DNA of 64,000 nucleotides, from IMG/VR virus record IMGVR_UViG_3300023174_000163, positions 1,102-65,101 of that record. One strand, written 5' to 3'. Position numbers and translations under genes: made by a program. Within the stretch, counting starts at the first letter, position 1. Each line of letters starts with the position of its first letter. Source of the stretch: a virus. Its lineage: Duplodnaviria; Caudoviricetes. Positions 39,306 through 49,387 of this stretch are shown one piece after another. Below the pieces are notes generated by a model. That model saw only the letters and a program-made list of their open reading frames with translations, was not told the DNA's origin and made no database searches.

Positions 39306-40616
39306 TTATCTAATTAATTCGTTTACGGAACCGAGGAAAGAACCGTTCCATTTTGATTTCTTTATTGTACTTACTTCCTGAGACCCGCCAAGGTCTGAGG
39401 ACTTCTTAATTGCAGTCTCACCTTCTACTGCATCGACACGCTTTTGTACGCCATCAATCGTGTTTCTGATATCTTCAACAGCCTTTGAAAGGACTGCGTG
39501 TTGTTCTGCTAACTCTGTGATTCGGCCATCAATGCTCTTGCTGAAAGTTTCAACTGTTTCTGTAACAGTCTTAACCTGCGCTGCATTTGCATCTGTAGCC
39601 TTGCTTAGAGTTTCTGAGAAAAAGCCTTTAAGATCGCCCAACATCTTTGCAAAATCAGGTTCATCAACCTCAACTTCTGATACGTCGGCTGCTTTTTCCA
39701 GAGTTTCAGCAGAAGCGTCTGCTACTGCATCTTCTGCAGGAGCTTCTTCAGCAGCTGGTGTTTCTTCAACAACAGGTGCTTCTTCAATAACAGTCTCTTC
39801 GACTGTAGTGTTTTCTGTATTTTCGGACACTTCATTACCTCCTTCTGCGTTTGCCTGTTTTGCAATTGTTTGTGTTTCAGGCAACGTGGATCTTGACTTA
39901 TATAAATCAAGAATTCTATCTATTTCTTTTGACTTGTTTACATCTGATGATTCTACCCAACCTATTAAAGTTGCTGGCTTACCAGAAATTGGTGAATCTA
40001 GTGTCTTGTCTGTTGATACAAAAACAGAATTGCTATCTTCACAATAGAAAATATTTTCTGTAACTATATCTGCCGCCATACCTTTAAATACCATTTGTCC
40101 ATTCATCTTCTCAACTGATAAGATGTTGCATAATTCATTTGCTGGTGAATCTACAATTGAAAGTTCAACTAATTCATAATCCTTAATGAAACGAACTGTC
40201 TCGCCATTTGATTTATTAACTTCATTGTCTGACTCTAAAATTTTTCCGCCGATTGAAAATCCTGTTAGGGTGCCATCTAAAACTTTTTCCCATGTATCTT
40301 GTGCGCCTTTTGAAATATATGATGTAACATATACACCGTTATAAAAAGACTTTGACATTGGGTCATAGAAAGTTTCTGGTTTAAAAGAAACAACTTTACC
40401 TACTGCGACTGGCTGATGCATCTCACGGAGATTACCACGGAATCTTTCAAATGCCTTCAGGCTAGCTTCTGATGTAACAACATCTCCAGTTTGATCAATG
40501 TTATCTAATGTTGCAAATCCTGAAACAGTTCTCTTCTCACGATTTACTTTTGTGAACGGAACTGCAAGATGGAGGTTATTTCCATTTGAAGACCAGTTAG
40601 ATTTTTCAATGTTCAT
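39306..40616 (-). CDS. Prohead protease fused to acidic/coiled-coil scaffold
   Basis: RTVSGFAT..IDQTGD, REMH, GFSIGG, ELSIVDSPAN; Glu-rich linker; start placed at MNIEK. Confidence 0.88.
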   Translation of the reverse strand: MNIEKSNWSSNGNNLHLAVPFTKVNREKRTVSGFATLDNIDQTGDVVTSEASLKAFERFRGNLREMHQPVAVGKVVSFKPETFYDPMSKSFYNGVYVTSYISKGAQDTWEKVLDGTLTGFSIGGKILESDNEVNKSNGETVRFIKDYELVELSIVDSPANELCNILSVEKMNGQMVFKGMAADIVTENIFYCEDSNSVFVSTDKTLDSPISGKPATLIGWVESSDVNKSKEIDRILDLYKSRSTLPETQTIAKQANAEGGNEVSENTENTTVEETVIEEAPVVEETPAAEEAPAEDAVADASAETLEKAADVSEVEVDEPDFAKMLGDLKGFFSETLSKATDANAAQVKTVTETVETFSKSIDGRITELAEQHAVLSKAVEDIRNTIDGVQKRVDAVEGETAIKKSSDLGGSQEVSTIKKSKWNGSFLGSVNELIR

Positions 40617-40623
40617 ATGCTTA

Positions 40624-40652
40624 ATTTTATCTATTTGTAGATAAAAAGGCAA
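40624..40652 (-). promoter_or_regulatory. Leaderless sigma70-type promoter
   Basis: TTGCCT-17-TAAAAT, 7 nt before ATG 40616. Confidence 0.65.
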
Positions 40653-40669
40653 ATAGTGGTTGAGTAAAC

Positions 40670-42253
40670 TTATTCAACCTGTCTGCCGTCTCCCTGAGCA
40701 TTTCTTCCTTCACCTGAAATGTCTGGTGAATTAGCCTGTCTTTGTTGATCTCTGAGACGAGTATTATTTGTTTGAGTTCTAATTTCAGCCTGTTGCTGTG
40801 GCTTTAATTGAACCATATCGTCTCCGCCGTCCAAAGGAATCATGCCCTTTCTAATGCGAACTTCATTGGGAGTAATTACTTGCATTCTTAAATATCTTTC
40901 ATCAATCTTAGATTGAGTATCCTCATCAGTAAGAGTTAATTCATTGAATTTAAGGAAAAGAGCATCTGTTTTTTCTTCAATAATTTTATTTATTTTCTTT
41001 TCTAATGTCATCTGTGCTGGACGACAAACTTGCTCTTTAAATGTCTTATCGGCATCTCTTGCCACCGCTAAATTTACACCTTCTGGAGTTCCAATTTTAT
41101 TAATTGGCACACGGTGAGCTAAAAGAATTTCATCTCTATTTGCCTTGCGATAAAGATTAAATGAAGATTCTTGTGTGCCAGCCTCAATTGGCTCCATCTT
41201 AAATTCAACCTTTTGATCTGGGCTATCTGCTGGAAGCGGTATATAAAGAGATCTATGATTCTTTCCTCTTAAGCCTACCTGGAAGAATTCAAGCAATTTT
41301 CTTTCTGATTCTGGTGAAAGCTTTGCTCCCTTTACAGTAATAATATATCTTGGGACCGCTTTATTTTCAAAGTAGTCTAGGTTATATTTACCTGCAAATT
41401 CATTTCCAGCCAATGCATTTTGTGCTGCAATAATGTCTGGGATTCCATAATAGTTATTTGTAGGGGTATATTTCTTTAAATGAATAACTTCGTTTGGTCT
41501 ATCTTCTCCGCCTGCAATTGGGCTCTCAGTATCTACATCTCCAAAGTTTCTAAAAAATACAGCCTTGCCATAAAGCAATTGAATAAACCCGTCACGTAAA
41601 CGGCGAACACGCATTGTCTTTGAGGGAATATGTCCAATGTATCCAATATTGCCTGCAGTTGTTCGGCTAATTTCAAGGTAGCCATTACCTGTTGCTTCTA
41701 AATCGGTATAAACTTTAATAAGGGTTTGGCTAAAAGTATCTTCATCATTTGTAGAGTCAAGCCAAATTTGTAGATCTTGCTTTAACTTATTAAGCTTTCT
41801 ACGTGCTCTTTCTAATTGCTTATCATCTGTAATAGAATCAAATGCATCATTAGTTTTTCTTGTCTCTGTAAAATCATAACCTAAGCCAACAATGTTTGCT
41901 ACCTTAGCATTAATTGCTGCATAGTTATAAGTTGAAATTTCATAAATTCTTGAAAGGTATTCTTGGTTATATGGTGGCTCAACAAGGTCAAACATTGCAT
42001 ATCCAGTTACCGCCTGCTGCAATAAGTTCTGTTGTGTTCCTGTACCTTCTCTACCTGCAAATGCTTTGGAGAATTCTCTTCCCATTTTGCGGCGGAAAGT
42101 AGAACTCAATCCAGAGATCTTTCTTAAATCATCTTCTTCAATCATGAACGGATCTGAGTGATCTTTTTCTTTCTTTAATTGAAATAAATCTGAGGCAGAA
42201 GAAATTTGAATTCTATCTGTTGACTCCGAATCGTTATCTTGAATAAACTCCAT
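40670..42253 (-). CDS. Portal protein
   Basis: DLEATGNGYLEI, EVIHLK, YYGIPD, ILLAHRVP, ITPNEVR. Confidence 0.92.
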   Translation of the reverse strand: MEFIQDNDSESTDRIQISSASDLFQLKKEKDHSDPFMIEEDDLRKISGLSSTFRRKMGREFSKAFAGREGTGTQQNLLQQAVTGYAMFDLVEPPYNQEYLSRIYEISTYNYAAINAKVANIVGLGYDFTETRKTNDAFDSITDDKQLERARRKLNKLKQDLQIWLDSTNDEDTFSQTLIKVYTDLEATGNGYLEISRTTAGNIGYIGHIPSKTMRVRRLRDGFIQLLYGKAVFFRNFGDVDTESPIAGGEDRPNEVIHLKKYTPTNNYYGIPDIIAAQNALAGNEFAGKYNLDYFENKAVPRYIITVKGAKLSPESERKLLEFFQVGLRGKNHRSLYIPLPADSPDQKVEFKMEPIEAGTQESSFNLYRKANRDEILLAHRVPINKIGTPEGVNLAVARDADKTFKEQVCRPAQMTLEKKINKIIEEKTDALFLKFNELTLTDEDTQSKIDERYLRMQVITPNEVRIRKGMIPLDGGDDMVQLKPQQQAEIRTQTNNTRLRDQQRQANSPDISGEGRNAQGDGRQVE

Positions 42254-42255
42254 AA

Positions 42256-42618
42256 TTATCTCCCTGGTCCACCTATTACTGCATTCTTTTTATTATAAGC
42301 CGCTAGCTCATCTTTATAATTTCCAATATCAAACGGGTCTGGAATTAAACCCTGATCAAGTCTTGCCTTCTGGTATTCAAACTGTTCATCATCAATCTTA
42401 CGTCTATTGGATAAAAATTTAGGCTGCCCAACATCAATTCCAAAAGAAGAAACCTCTGCTGCTAAAGCCGCAATGTTTGCCTTATTGCCTTTATGTGATG
42501 CTATTGATAAGTAATTACCCTCATCATCGCCAATCCATCTTCCGTCTGGCATTTCCCACACATAGATTCCAAGGGTGGTTTCCTCAATTACTGTCTGACT
42601 GACCTTTTTAATCTCCAT
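42256..42618 (-). CDS. Hypothetical protein upstream of portal
   Basis: ORF with promoter TGGACT-17-(TGG)TAAAAT 8 nt upstream. Confidence 0.65.
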   Translation of the reverse strand: MEIKKVSQTVIEETTLGIYVWEMPDGRWIGDDEGNYLSIASHKGNKANIAALAAEVSSFGIDVGQPKFLSNRRKIDDEQFEYQKARLDQGLIPDPFDIGNYKDELAAYNKKNAVIGGPGR

Positions 42619-42681
42619 AGTATTTTATTTTACCATTCTTTGGTATCAAAGTCCAGCTTTTTGTCATGCTATGTGACAAAA

Positions 42682-44556
42682 TTATGAGTTTTGTATTACC
42701 AGCCAGTCATTATCATAGTAGTCTACAGAGTTTTCTGTCAGGGTGATGGACGGAGAATTGTCATCTACCACTGTAGAAGTTGATCCATATATGTATAGAT
42801 GGTAATGCTCAGATGCTTTTGATGCTGTAAATTGGTCTGGGTATATAGCCAGGTTCTGGAATAAGCCTGGAACTGAACCAGAGGAAGAATGTGCAAATTT
42901 TATTTTTACGCTTACTGCGGCAGTAAAAACAATTACGACATGGTGCATTTGTCCTAATTTAAATATATTTGAGACATTTGTTTCTGCTGTCTTGTTTACA
43001 TCATTTACATATATTGCAGATATATTAGTTTTGCTTATTGTTCCACTACCGTTCCATGAATAATTTGAGGCAGCATATGATCCACTAGATGTTGTTGATA
43101 TCAATCCACTAACTGTCAATGCATACGGGGTATAGAAAAATTCTAATGTCTTAATTGAAGATGTTGTGTTAATGTAAAAGCCAGAACCCTGAATAGTTCT
43201 TATTCCATTTCTGGCATTTCTTGAAAGAATTGGATGCTTGTTATTTCCAATTGTTATATCATATACTGAGACTCCAGCAAGTCCCTCTAATGTAGAAATA
43301 TAGCTAGAGCTATTTGAAGCATATGCAATTTGATTATTATAAAATTTAATTTGAAGGGTAGATATCTTAGGCAAATACTTATTACTATCTGGTGTTGCTA
43401 AAGTTATCTTTAAATAAATTTGCTTATTGCCATTAAAACTTGCAATTGTAAATTGTGGAATTTTCTGTCCGTTTTGGCATGTTTGATATGTTGTACCATC
43501 TACTGAAACTTCTACTGTTATTCCACTTGTTCCGTCCCACTCAATTTTTGAAGAATCTAAAACTGCGGCATAAGGCAAAGAAATATAATCTGTCAATACA
43601 ACTGTTTTAGAACCAGTTGATTTTTTAATAGACAGGGATTGTTCTGCATCACTATAATATAAATCATCAGTAATAAAGTAATCCCATGATTTGTTTCCAG
43701 GGTATGAATAAATAAATTGTGTTGAAATATTTTCGTCATATAACTCAAATAGCTCACCGTTGTCTGGATCTACAATTTGAATTGGGGCAGGGCCTACATT
43801 TTGATTATAATGATTTTGAATCTGAGATTGAGATAGACTATATCTGTATACAGCAACGCTGTTTATAAGGAAGGAGTCTGCTGCATCTGTTGTTGGTCCA
43901 CTTGATAATTCAAGGGCGGTGTTGCTAAACTGAAAATTAGAAATTGTAGATGTATTTACTAAAACCCCATCTATGTAAAGAGATAGTAGTGTGGGGCTAT
44001 ATATGCCTACAATATGAATAACCTTATCTGCATAGGGCAAGGTATGTTCTACATATTCGGCCTGTACTTTAAAAACAATGTTTTCATTATCATAAAATAT
44101 GCCAATAGCTTCATCTGCATCTGCCAAAATGCTTGTTAATCCATTTGTAGTAAAGACTGGATGTATCCAGACTTCAAGTGTAAAGTCATTATCTGAAGAA
44201 TATATTGTTGCAAACTGGCTGGAAGTTGCAGAAGCTGTATAATCATTTAAAAATGAATATTGAATAGAGTTTTCACTACCTATTTTTGTTGCTCTTGAAT
44301 TACCAATTGTTATTGGAGTAATTTCTGTTACTGGGTCCCCCGCATATAATGCATCATTTTCACATCCAGAATGATCATATGCGGTATCTCCATAAATACT
44401 TGCGTAAGAAGTTATAAGAGTGTCATCTAAAATTGCTTGATATGTTGCATATGAGTTTTCAAGAGCTGTATAGTTTGCAACATCAACTGTTGTTAAATCA
44501 TCTAATGGATAATATCCAATAGGGTAATCTGAAAGAATAATTGATTTATATGACAT
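42682..44556 (-). CDS. LamG/concanavalin-A-like domain virion protein
   Basis: PIGYYPLDD, FTLEVWI, HIVGIY...LYIDG, VAVYRYSLS..IQNHY; second LamG-like unit at C-terminus. Confidence 0.75.
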   Translation of the reverse strand: MSYKSIILSDYPIGYYPLDDLTTVDVANYTALENSYATYQAILDDTLITSYASIYGDTAYDHSGCENDALYAGDPVTEITPITIGNSRATKIGSENSIQYSFLNDYTASATSSQFATIYSSDNDFTLEVWIHPVFTTNGLTSILADADEAIGIFYDNENIVFKVQAEYVEHTLPYADKVIHIVGIYSPTLLSLYIDGVLVNTSTISNFQFSNTALELSSGPTTDAADSFLINSVAVYRYSLSQSQIQNHYNQNVGPAPIQIVDPDNGELFELYDENISTQFIYSYPGNKSWDYFITDDLYYSDAEQSLSIKKSTGSKTVVLTDYISLPYAAVLDSSKIEWDGTSGITVEVSVDGTTYQTCQNGQKIPQFTIASFNGNKQIYLKITLATPDSNKYLPKISTLQIKFYNNQIAYASNSSSYISTLEGLAGVSVYDITIGNNKHPILSRNARNGIRTIQGSGFYINTTSSIKTLEFFYTPYALTVSGLISTTSSGSYAASNYSWNGSGTISKTNISAIYVNDVNKTAETNVSNIFKLGQMHHVVIVFTAAVSVKIKFAHSSSGSVPGLFQNLAIYPDQFTASKASEHYHLYIYGSTSTVVDDNSPSITLTENSVDYYDNDWLVIQNS

Positions 44557-45755
44557 TATCCACCTACCGCAGATTTAAGATATCTAACAATTACTATACC
44601 GTTACCGCCTGCACCAGAAGGGTTTCCATAAAATGCTACACCTGCTCCTCCAGAACCAGTGCCATTTGCTCCACCATTAGAAAGTCCAGCGTTGTAGGTA
44701 GTATTTCCTCCGCCCCCATAACCTCCTGAGGCATTATATGCAATCCCTGACATATATCCTCCAGAACCTGATCCTCCGCCAGCATACCATCCGTCTACGC
44801 CAGTAGATGTTGCTGTTGCCCAAGCAGAGTATGAAGATATTCCATTTCCTCCCCAACCAAGGAATCCTCCAGCTGGTCCGTCCTGGCCTACGTTAGAGTA
44901 TCCGCCTCCGCCTCCAGATCCAATACCCCCATTAACTGGAGCGGATGAGTCTCTATATCCTCTTCCTCCACCTTTACCTTGAGGTGAAGTACCAGAACCA
45001 CCACTACTGTAACCAGAATTGCTACTAGCTCCTCCACCACCGCCTGATCCACCTGCTTTTCCTCTTTCGGATGGTGTTGTTGTTGGACTTCCTCCTCCAC
45101 CTCCACCAGTTGTATTAACATTATTACCTAGAGAAGATGATCCGCCATTTTGCCCTTGATCATTAGAAGAAAGCGCTCCAGTTCCAACAGTAACTACTAA
45201 TGTTCCAAGAACTGAAGACTGTGATCCTGTTGCTACACCTCCAGCGCCACCTCCTCCACCAAATCCTGAACCACCACTACCTCCAGCTGCTATAACTAAA
45301 TATTCAATATCTACAGCAACAGATGAGACAACAAAGTTGCTACTGCTTGTAAATGTTCTATAGTAATATGTTGCATCTGAAGATAATGTTCCACCAGTTA
45401 CTGTAGCTGCAAGAAGCGGAGTTAATGAGCTTGATGAAGAGCTTGAATCACTTGTGCCAAATGCATTTGTTGAAGTCATTGTAAATGTATATGCCTGATT
45501 TGCTACAAAAGTACCAGTAACTGTTAGAGATCCATCTAAATCTGTATTTGTATAAGTAAGATCTATTGAAGGTGATGAAGTAATTGCAATTGTTGTTATT
45601 GGTGATCCATTAGCATTACCTAATGTGTAATTTAAAGTTATTGAAGTAGAATTTATTGTTGATACAGAAGTAATTGATGGAGCTAATGGTTTACTTGCTC
45701 CCACCTTTACTAAACCTCTTGCGGATAAATTAGCTAGCGATTGGAATAATGGCAT
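44556..45755 (-). CDS. Glycine-rich adhesin-like protein with FN3-like N-terminus
   Basis: YRTFTSS, EYLVIAAGGSGG, YAGGG, GGNGIVIVRY. Confidence 0.75.
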   Translation of the reverse strand: MPLFQSLANLSARGLVKVGASKPLAPSITSVSTINSTSITLNYTLGNANGSPITTIAITSSPSIDLTYTNTDLDGSLTVTGTFVANQAYTFTMTSTNAFGTSDSSSSSSSLTPLLAATVTGGTLSSDATYYYRTFTSSSNFVVSSVAVDIEYLVIAAGGSGGSGFGGGGGAGGVATGSQSSVLGTLVVTVGTGALSSNDQGQNGGSSSLGNNVNTTGGGGGGSPTTTPSERGKAGGSGGGGGASSNSGYSSGGSGTSPQGKGGGRGYRDSSAPVNGGIGSGGGGGYSNVGQDGPAGGFLGWGGNGISSYSAWATATSTGVDGWYAGGGSGSGGYMSGIAYNASGGYGGGGNTTYNAGLSNGGANGTGSGGAGVAFYGNPSGAGGNGIVIVRYLKSAVGG

Positions 45756-45769
45756 TTATTTTCCGCCCC

Positions 45770-47047
45770 CTATGCGTATTTAGTTTGTGATCCGAATACA
45801 GTATATGTTGCAGATGCTGTTTTAAGTATTGTGTAAATATAAGAATCTATTGATGAGGCATTGCCAACTGTTGGTGCCGTTCCATTTAACCACTTTATGC
45901 TACCTTGAGTAGATCCATCAATTTGAAATGTTGATGGATAGGATGCTGTTGATGCTCCAGTTGTATTTAAAAATGCAACGGTAATTGATTGTCCAGTAGA
46001 TAATAAAGAATTAAGAGTTGTTCCTGAGTTTCCTCTAACATTTAAAGTAAATGCACTTGTTGAGCCTGTTGTATAATACCAAACGCTTGAGGTAGTAACA
46101 TCCATATTTATTGTAGATGATGTTGCTGCTGCAACTACATTTGCTGTTTCAATTAATCCAATTACTGCTGAGTTTGTTTGTATTGTACCTTGGGTTCCCG
46201 TTGTGCCTTGGGTTCCAGTAGTACCCTGTGTTCCAGTTGAGCCTTGTGAACCAGTTGTACCTTGAGCACCTGTTGTACCTTGTGTTCCAGTTGTGCCAGT
46301 TGTACCCTGTGTTCCAGTTGCACCTTGTGTACCAGTTGTACCAGTAGTTCCTTGTGCACCAGTAGTTCCTTGTGCTCCAGTTGTTCCGTTTGTACCCTGT
46401 GTGCCTGTTGCACCCTGTGTTCCAGTTGCACCTTGTGTACCAGTTGTACCAGTAGTTCCTTGTGCACCAGTAGTTCCTTGTGAACCAGTTGTACCTTGTG
46501 AACCTTGAATTGGACCAACATTTGTCCATTCTGCTCCAGTCCAAACATATAAGTTACCAGAAATTGTATAAGCATCTCCAAGTGTTCCTGTTGGATGCGC
46601 TGTTTGTAATGCACCTAAATTTGCATACGTTCCAAGGATACTTACTCCAGTTCCAGCAATTCCTTGTACGCCCGTTGTACCTTGTGTACCTGTTGTACCT
46701 TGTGTACCAGTTGTGCCTTGTGTACCTGTTGTACCTTGTGAACCAGTTGTACCCTGAAGGCCCTGTGTACCTTGTGTTCCAGTCGTACCTTGTGTACCTT
46801 GTGCTCCAGTTGTTCCTTGAGAACCAGTAGTTCCCTGAGAACCTACTGCACCTTGTGTTCCAGTTGTACCTTGTAAACCCCGTGTTCCCTGAACGCCTTG
46901 TACACCTTGTGTTCCAGTAGTTCCTTGAGGTCCAGGGTTTGCTGTTAAATATGTGTCTACATTTTGTGCAAGTAGTTGAATGTCCGCAGGAATATCTGGC
47001 GGATCTGAATAAGCGGGAAAACTAAAACCCTTTGATGTTGAGCCCAT
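45770..47047 (-). CDS. Collagen-like fibre protein
   Basis: Two long Gly-X-Y runs (GTQ/GTT/GAQ/GSQ) split by a small domain; beta-rich C-terminal domain. Confidence 0.85.
   Translation of the reverse strand: MGSTSKGFSFPAYSDPPDIPADIQLLAQNVDTYLTANPGPQGTTGTQGVQGVQGTRGLQGTTGTQGAVGSQGTTGSQGTTGAQGTQGTTGTQGTQGLQGTTGSQGTTGTQGTTGTQGTTGTQGTTGVQGIAGTGVSILGTYANLGALQTAHPTGTLGDAYTISGNLYVWTGAEWTNVGPIQGSQGTTGSQGTTGAQGTTGTTGTQGATGTQGATGTQGTNGTTGAQGTTGAQGTTGTTGTQGATGTQGTTGTTGTQGTTGAQGTTGSQGSTGTQGTTGTQGTTGTQGTIQTNSAVIGLIETANVVAAATSSTINMDVTTSSVWYYTTGSTSAFTLNVRGNSGTTLNSLLSTGQSITVAFLNTTGASTASYPSTFQIDGSTQGSIKWLNGTAPTVGNASSIDSYIYTILKTASATYTVFGSQTKYA
46304..46482. repeat. ~70-nt direct duplication (108-nt period) in collagen gene
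   Basis: accctgtgttccagttgcaccttgtgtaccagttgtaccagtagttccttgtgcaccagtagttccttgtg at about 46304 and 46412. Confidence 0.8.
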
Positions 47048-47053
47048 TTTAAA

Positions 47054-47062
47054 ATTATACCA
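47054..47062 (-). promoter_or_regulatory. Extended -10 leaderless promoter
   Basis: TGGTATAAT, 6 nt before ATG 47047. Confidence 0.65.
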
Positions 47063-47093
47063 CCTTAAATGTTATGACAATCACCTATAAAAC

Positions 47094-48389
47094 TTACTGA
47101 ATATAGACCTTTTCTGAGACCCATAGACGATGCCCCATAAAAGTAATAAGTTCAATTCCAAATTCACTATCTTCTACAACCTTTAAGTACTTCTCATGAT
47201 AAGGGTATTTACAAAGGAACAGCTTATTATGACCTATAGCAAATGGCACCAAAGTAGGAAATGTTCGTAGATATTCTACAAGACCGTCCATTACCCCAAG
47301 CCAGTGGGGGTGGGTAATATCATCTAAAATTACTATGCCTGTATCGCTAACATATTTTTCTGCCAACTTTAGGTCATTAAGAGTATGTGTCTTTGTGTGT
47401 CCGCCATCTATAGAAAAATATCTAATAGATCCTGGCTTTATTAAAGAAGAAATTTCTGACTGTGTTTTGCCTGAAGTTGAATCTCCTTTAATTATATTAA
47501 CTTTCTTTCCTTTAAAATTATCGTAGTTCTTTAAATTTTCTTTAAATATATCAGTAGAACCTTGCCCACCATTACTATCACTATTGAGATGTTGATCTTC
47601 AAAGATATCTATAGCATATGAATTTTCTTCGGTATCAATCATATTTCTAAGAAGAAGGAAGAAGCGACCCATATAAACTCCAATTTCTGCTACCCCTCCT
47701 TCTTTATTCCAATCAACATTAAGTATTTTCATAAATTCTGGAAGTGTTCTTACAACCCATCCAGGAACTTTAGTAAAACCATCATTGAGATATTTATCGT
47801 AATCTGACTCAATGATATCTTTACCAATCCCCATAAAATCTAAGTTTGTTTTAACTGATGAAGAATACATTTTAGGCATTGCTATCTTAGAAAGTTTAGT
47901 AAACAATTCTTGGCTTTCATCTTGTCTTCCTACCCACCAAGCACATACAGCTTTTTGAAATGTTAAACAAAAATCTCCTGGGTAATCAACACCTACTGGA
48001 AGTGGTGCATGGTTTCCTGATAATTTATAAAGACCAACTTCTGCATAGGTATATGCTTGTTGCCAATTCTTATTTCGTTCACTATAACGAGAAAGTAAAA
48101 ACCATGCTTCTGGTCTTCCTGGTTGATATGCAACGGCTTTTAAGAAAAGATTTTCTACTGTAGCCTGTCTATTTTTTTGATTTTCAAAACAATTTGCTGA
48201 CTTTAATAATGATGCATATACATACTCTGGATGTGAATAGTAACCATATTCTGCCGCCCTTAAATAAAATGAAATAGCAGCAGCTGTTTGTCCTACAAGT
48301 TCATACTCTGTAGCAATGCTAAAACAAAGCTTTGGGTCAAAAGGGTCTTTGCTTAGTTTTTCAACTAATTCATTTATAACCTCAAACAT
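47094..48389 (-). CDS. TPR domain + class I SAM methyltransferase (Methyltransf_24-like) fusion
   Basis: TPR-like helices (QPGRPEAWFLL); VAEIGVYMG, AIDIF, KGDS, SIDGGH, VILDD. Confidence 0.8.
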   Translation of the reverse strand: MFEVINELVEKLSKDPFDPKLCFSIATEYELVGQTAAAISFYLRAAEYGYYSHPEYVYASLLKSANCFENQKNRQATVENLFLKAVAYQPGRPEAWFLLSRYSERNKNWQQAYTYAEVGLYKLSGNHAPLPVGVDYPGDFCLTFQKAVCAWWVGRQDESQELFTKLSKIAMPKMYSSSVKTNLDFMGIGKDIIESDYDKYLNDGFTKVPGWVVRTLPEFMKILNVDWNKEGGVAEIGVYMGRFFLLLRNMIDTEENSYAIDIFEDQHLNSDSNGGQGSTDIFKENLKNYDNFKGKKVNIIKGDSTSGKTQSEISSLIKPGSIRYFSIDGGHTKTHTLNDLKLAEKYVSDTGIVILDDITHPHWLGVMDGLVEYLRTFPTLVPFAIGHNKLFLCKYPYHEKYLKVVEDSEFGIELITFMGHRLWVSEKVYIQ

Positions 48390-49380
48390 TTATAGCCTCT
48401 GCAATCATACTATCTATTACATCTCCTGGAACCCTTAGAACAAAAGCTGCATTATCTACATACCCAAATGTGATGAGGAGGTCTTCTTGTAATTGTGCTG
48501 CCCCAGCACAGAATTCTATTTGTCCATCTAAAAATGACCAACATTCTGGAGAAATTCCTTTAAGCACAAATTTGTCATCCCATACACATAATCTATGTCT
48601 GTATGTAGCATTTTTCTGCTTCATATAATTTTTATATAAAACAACTTCATGTGTAATAGCGATGTATTTATCTTTCCATTTAATAACTTGGGATCCACCA
48701 CGCTGATCAAAATTAATAGCATTTACTTCTTCGTGAGACACTTGCTCACATTTGGCTTCTTTGGGATCAGCTTTAACTACCTCTGTAGGTGATGTCCATT
48801 TAATATATTGAAATTCTCTATCTAAAATTGGCATCCAGTTTTTTTCACAATAGGATGTTTCATCTATTGGTGCTGGAATTCTAATACGAGATATTTCTTT
48901 TGCCGTCCAATTGTCTTTATCAATTTTTAATTCTGATAATTCCATACGACCAACTCCGTTAGTTGTTGTATCTCTGCGAACTCCTGTTGCATAATATTTG
49001 CCATCCCATTTAACAAGTCTGGCATCTTCTAATCCAACAAATGTCCATATTGGGGCAACATCTAATTTAGTAGTGTCAATTAATGTCCAGTTAATTATAT
49101 TTAAATCTTTATCAAGTCGGCAAAGGTAGTTTGCAGTTATTAGTCTTTGATCTTCTTCTGGATGTAAATATGCTAATGGTCCCCATACGCTAGGAAATCT
49201 TTGATCATTTTCAGAGTGATATAAAGTATAGTTTATGTGTCTTAATATACATAGAATATCTCCATCATCATCTATAAAGATAGAGGGATTCATTAATCCT
49301 GTCCCGCCCGTTTCTTCGGCGGGAATAATAAGAGGAACTAATTTTCCCCCATTAGATATTGATTTTTGTACTAGATTCAT
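48382..49380 (-). CDS. Five-bladed beta-propeller glycosidase/phosphorylase-like protein (GH130/GH43 clan-like)
   Basis: MNPSI, GLEDARL, EKNWMP, RGGS, IEFCAG, ITFGYVD. Confidence 0.7.
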   Translation of the reverse strand: MNLVQKSISNGGKLVPLIIPAEETGGTGLMNPSIFIDDDGDILCILRHINYTLYHSENDQRFPSVWGPLAYLHPEEDQRLITANYLCRLDKDLNIINWTLIDTTKLDVAPIWTFVGLEDARLVKWDGKYYATGVRRDTTTNGVGRMELSELKIDKDNWTAKEISRIRIPAPIDETSYCEKNWMPILDREFQYIKWTSPTEVVKADPKEAKCEQVSHEEVNAINFDQRGGSQVIKWKDKYIAITHEVVLYKNYMKQKNATYRHRLCVWDDKFVLKGISPECWSFLDGQIEFCAGAAQLQEDLLITFGYVDNAAFVLRVPGDVIDSMIAEAINV

Positions 49381-49387
49381 AGTACCT

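Noticed and set aside
46149-46830. Cys/Val/Trp-rich repetitive ORFs and CRISPR-like periodicity in collagen regions (also 56947-57390)
   Set aside because: Alternative-frame readings of Gly-X-Y codon repeats; no constant repeat with unique spacers
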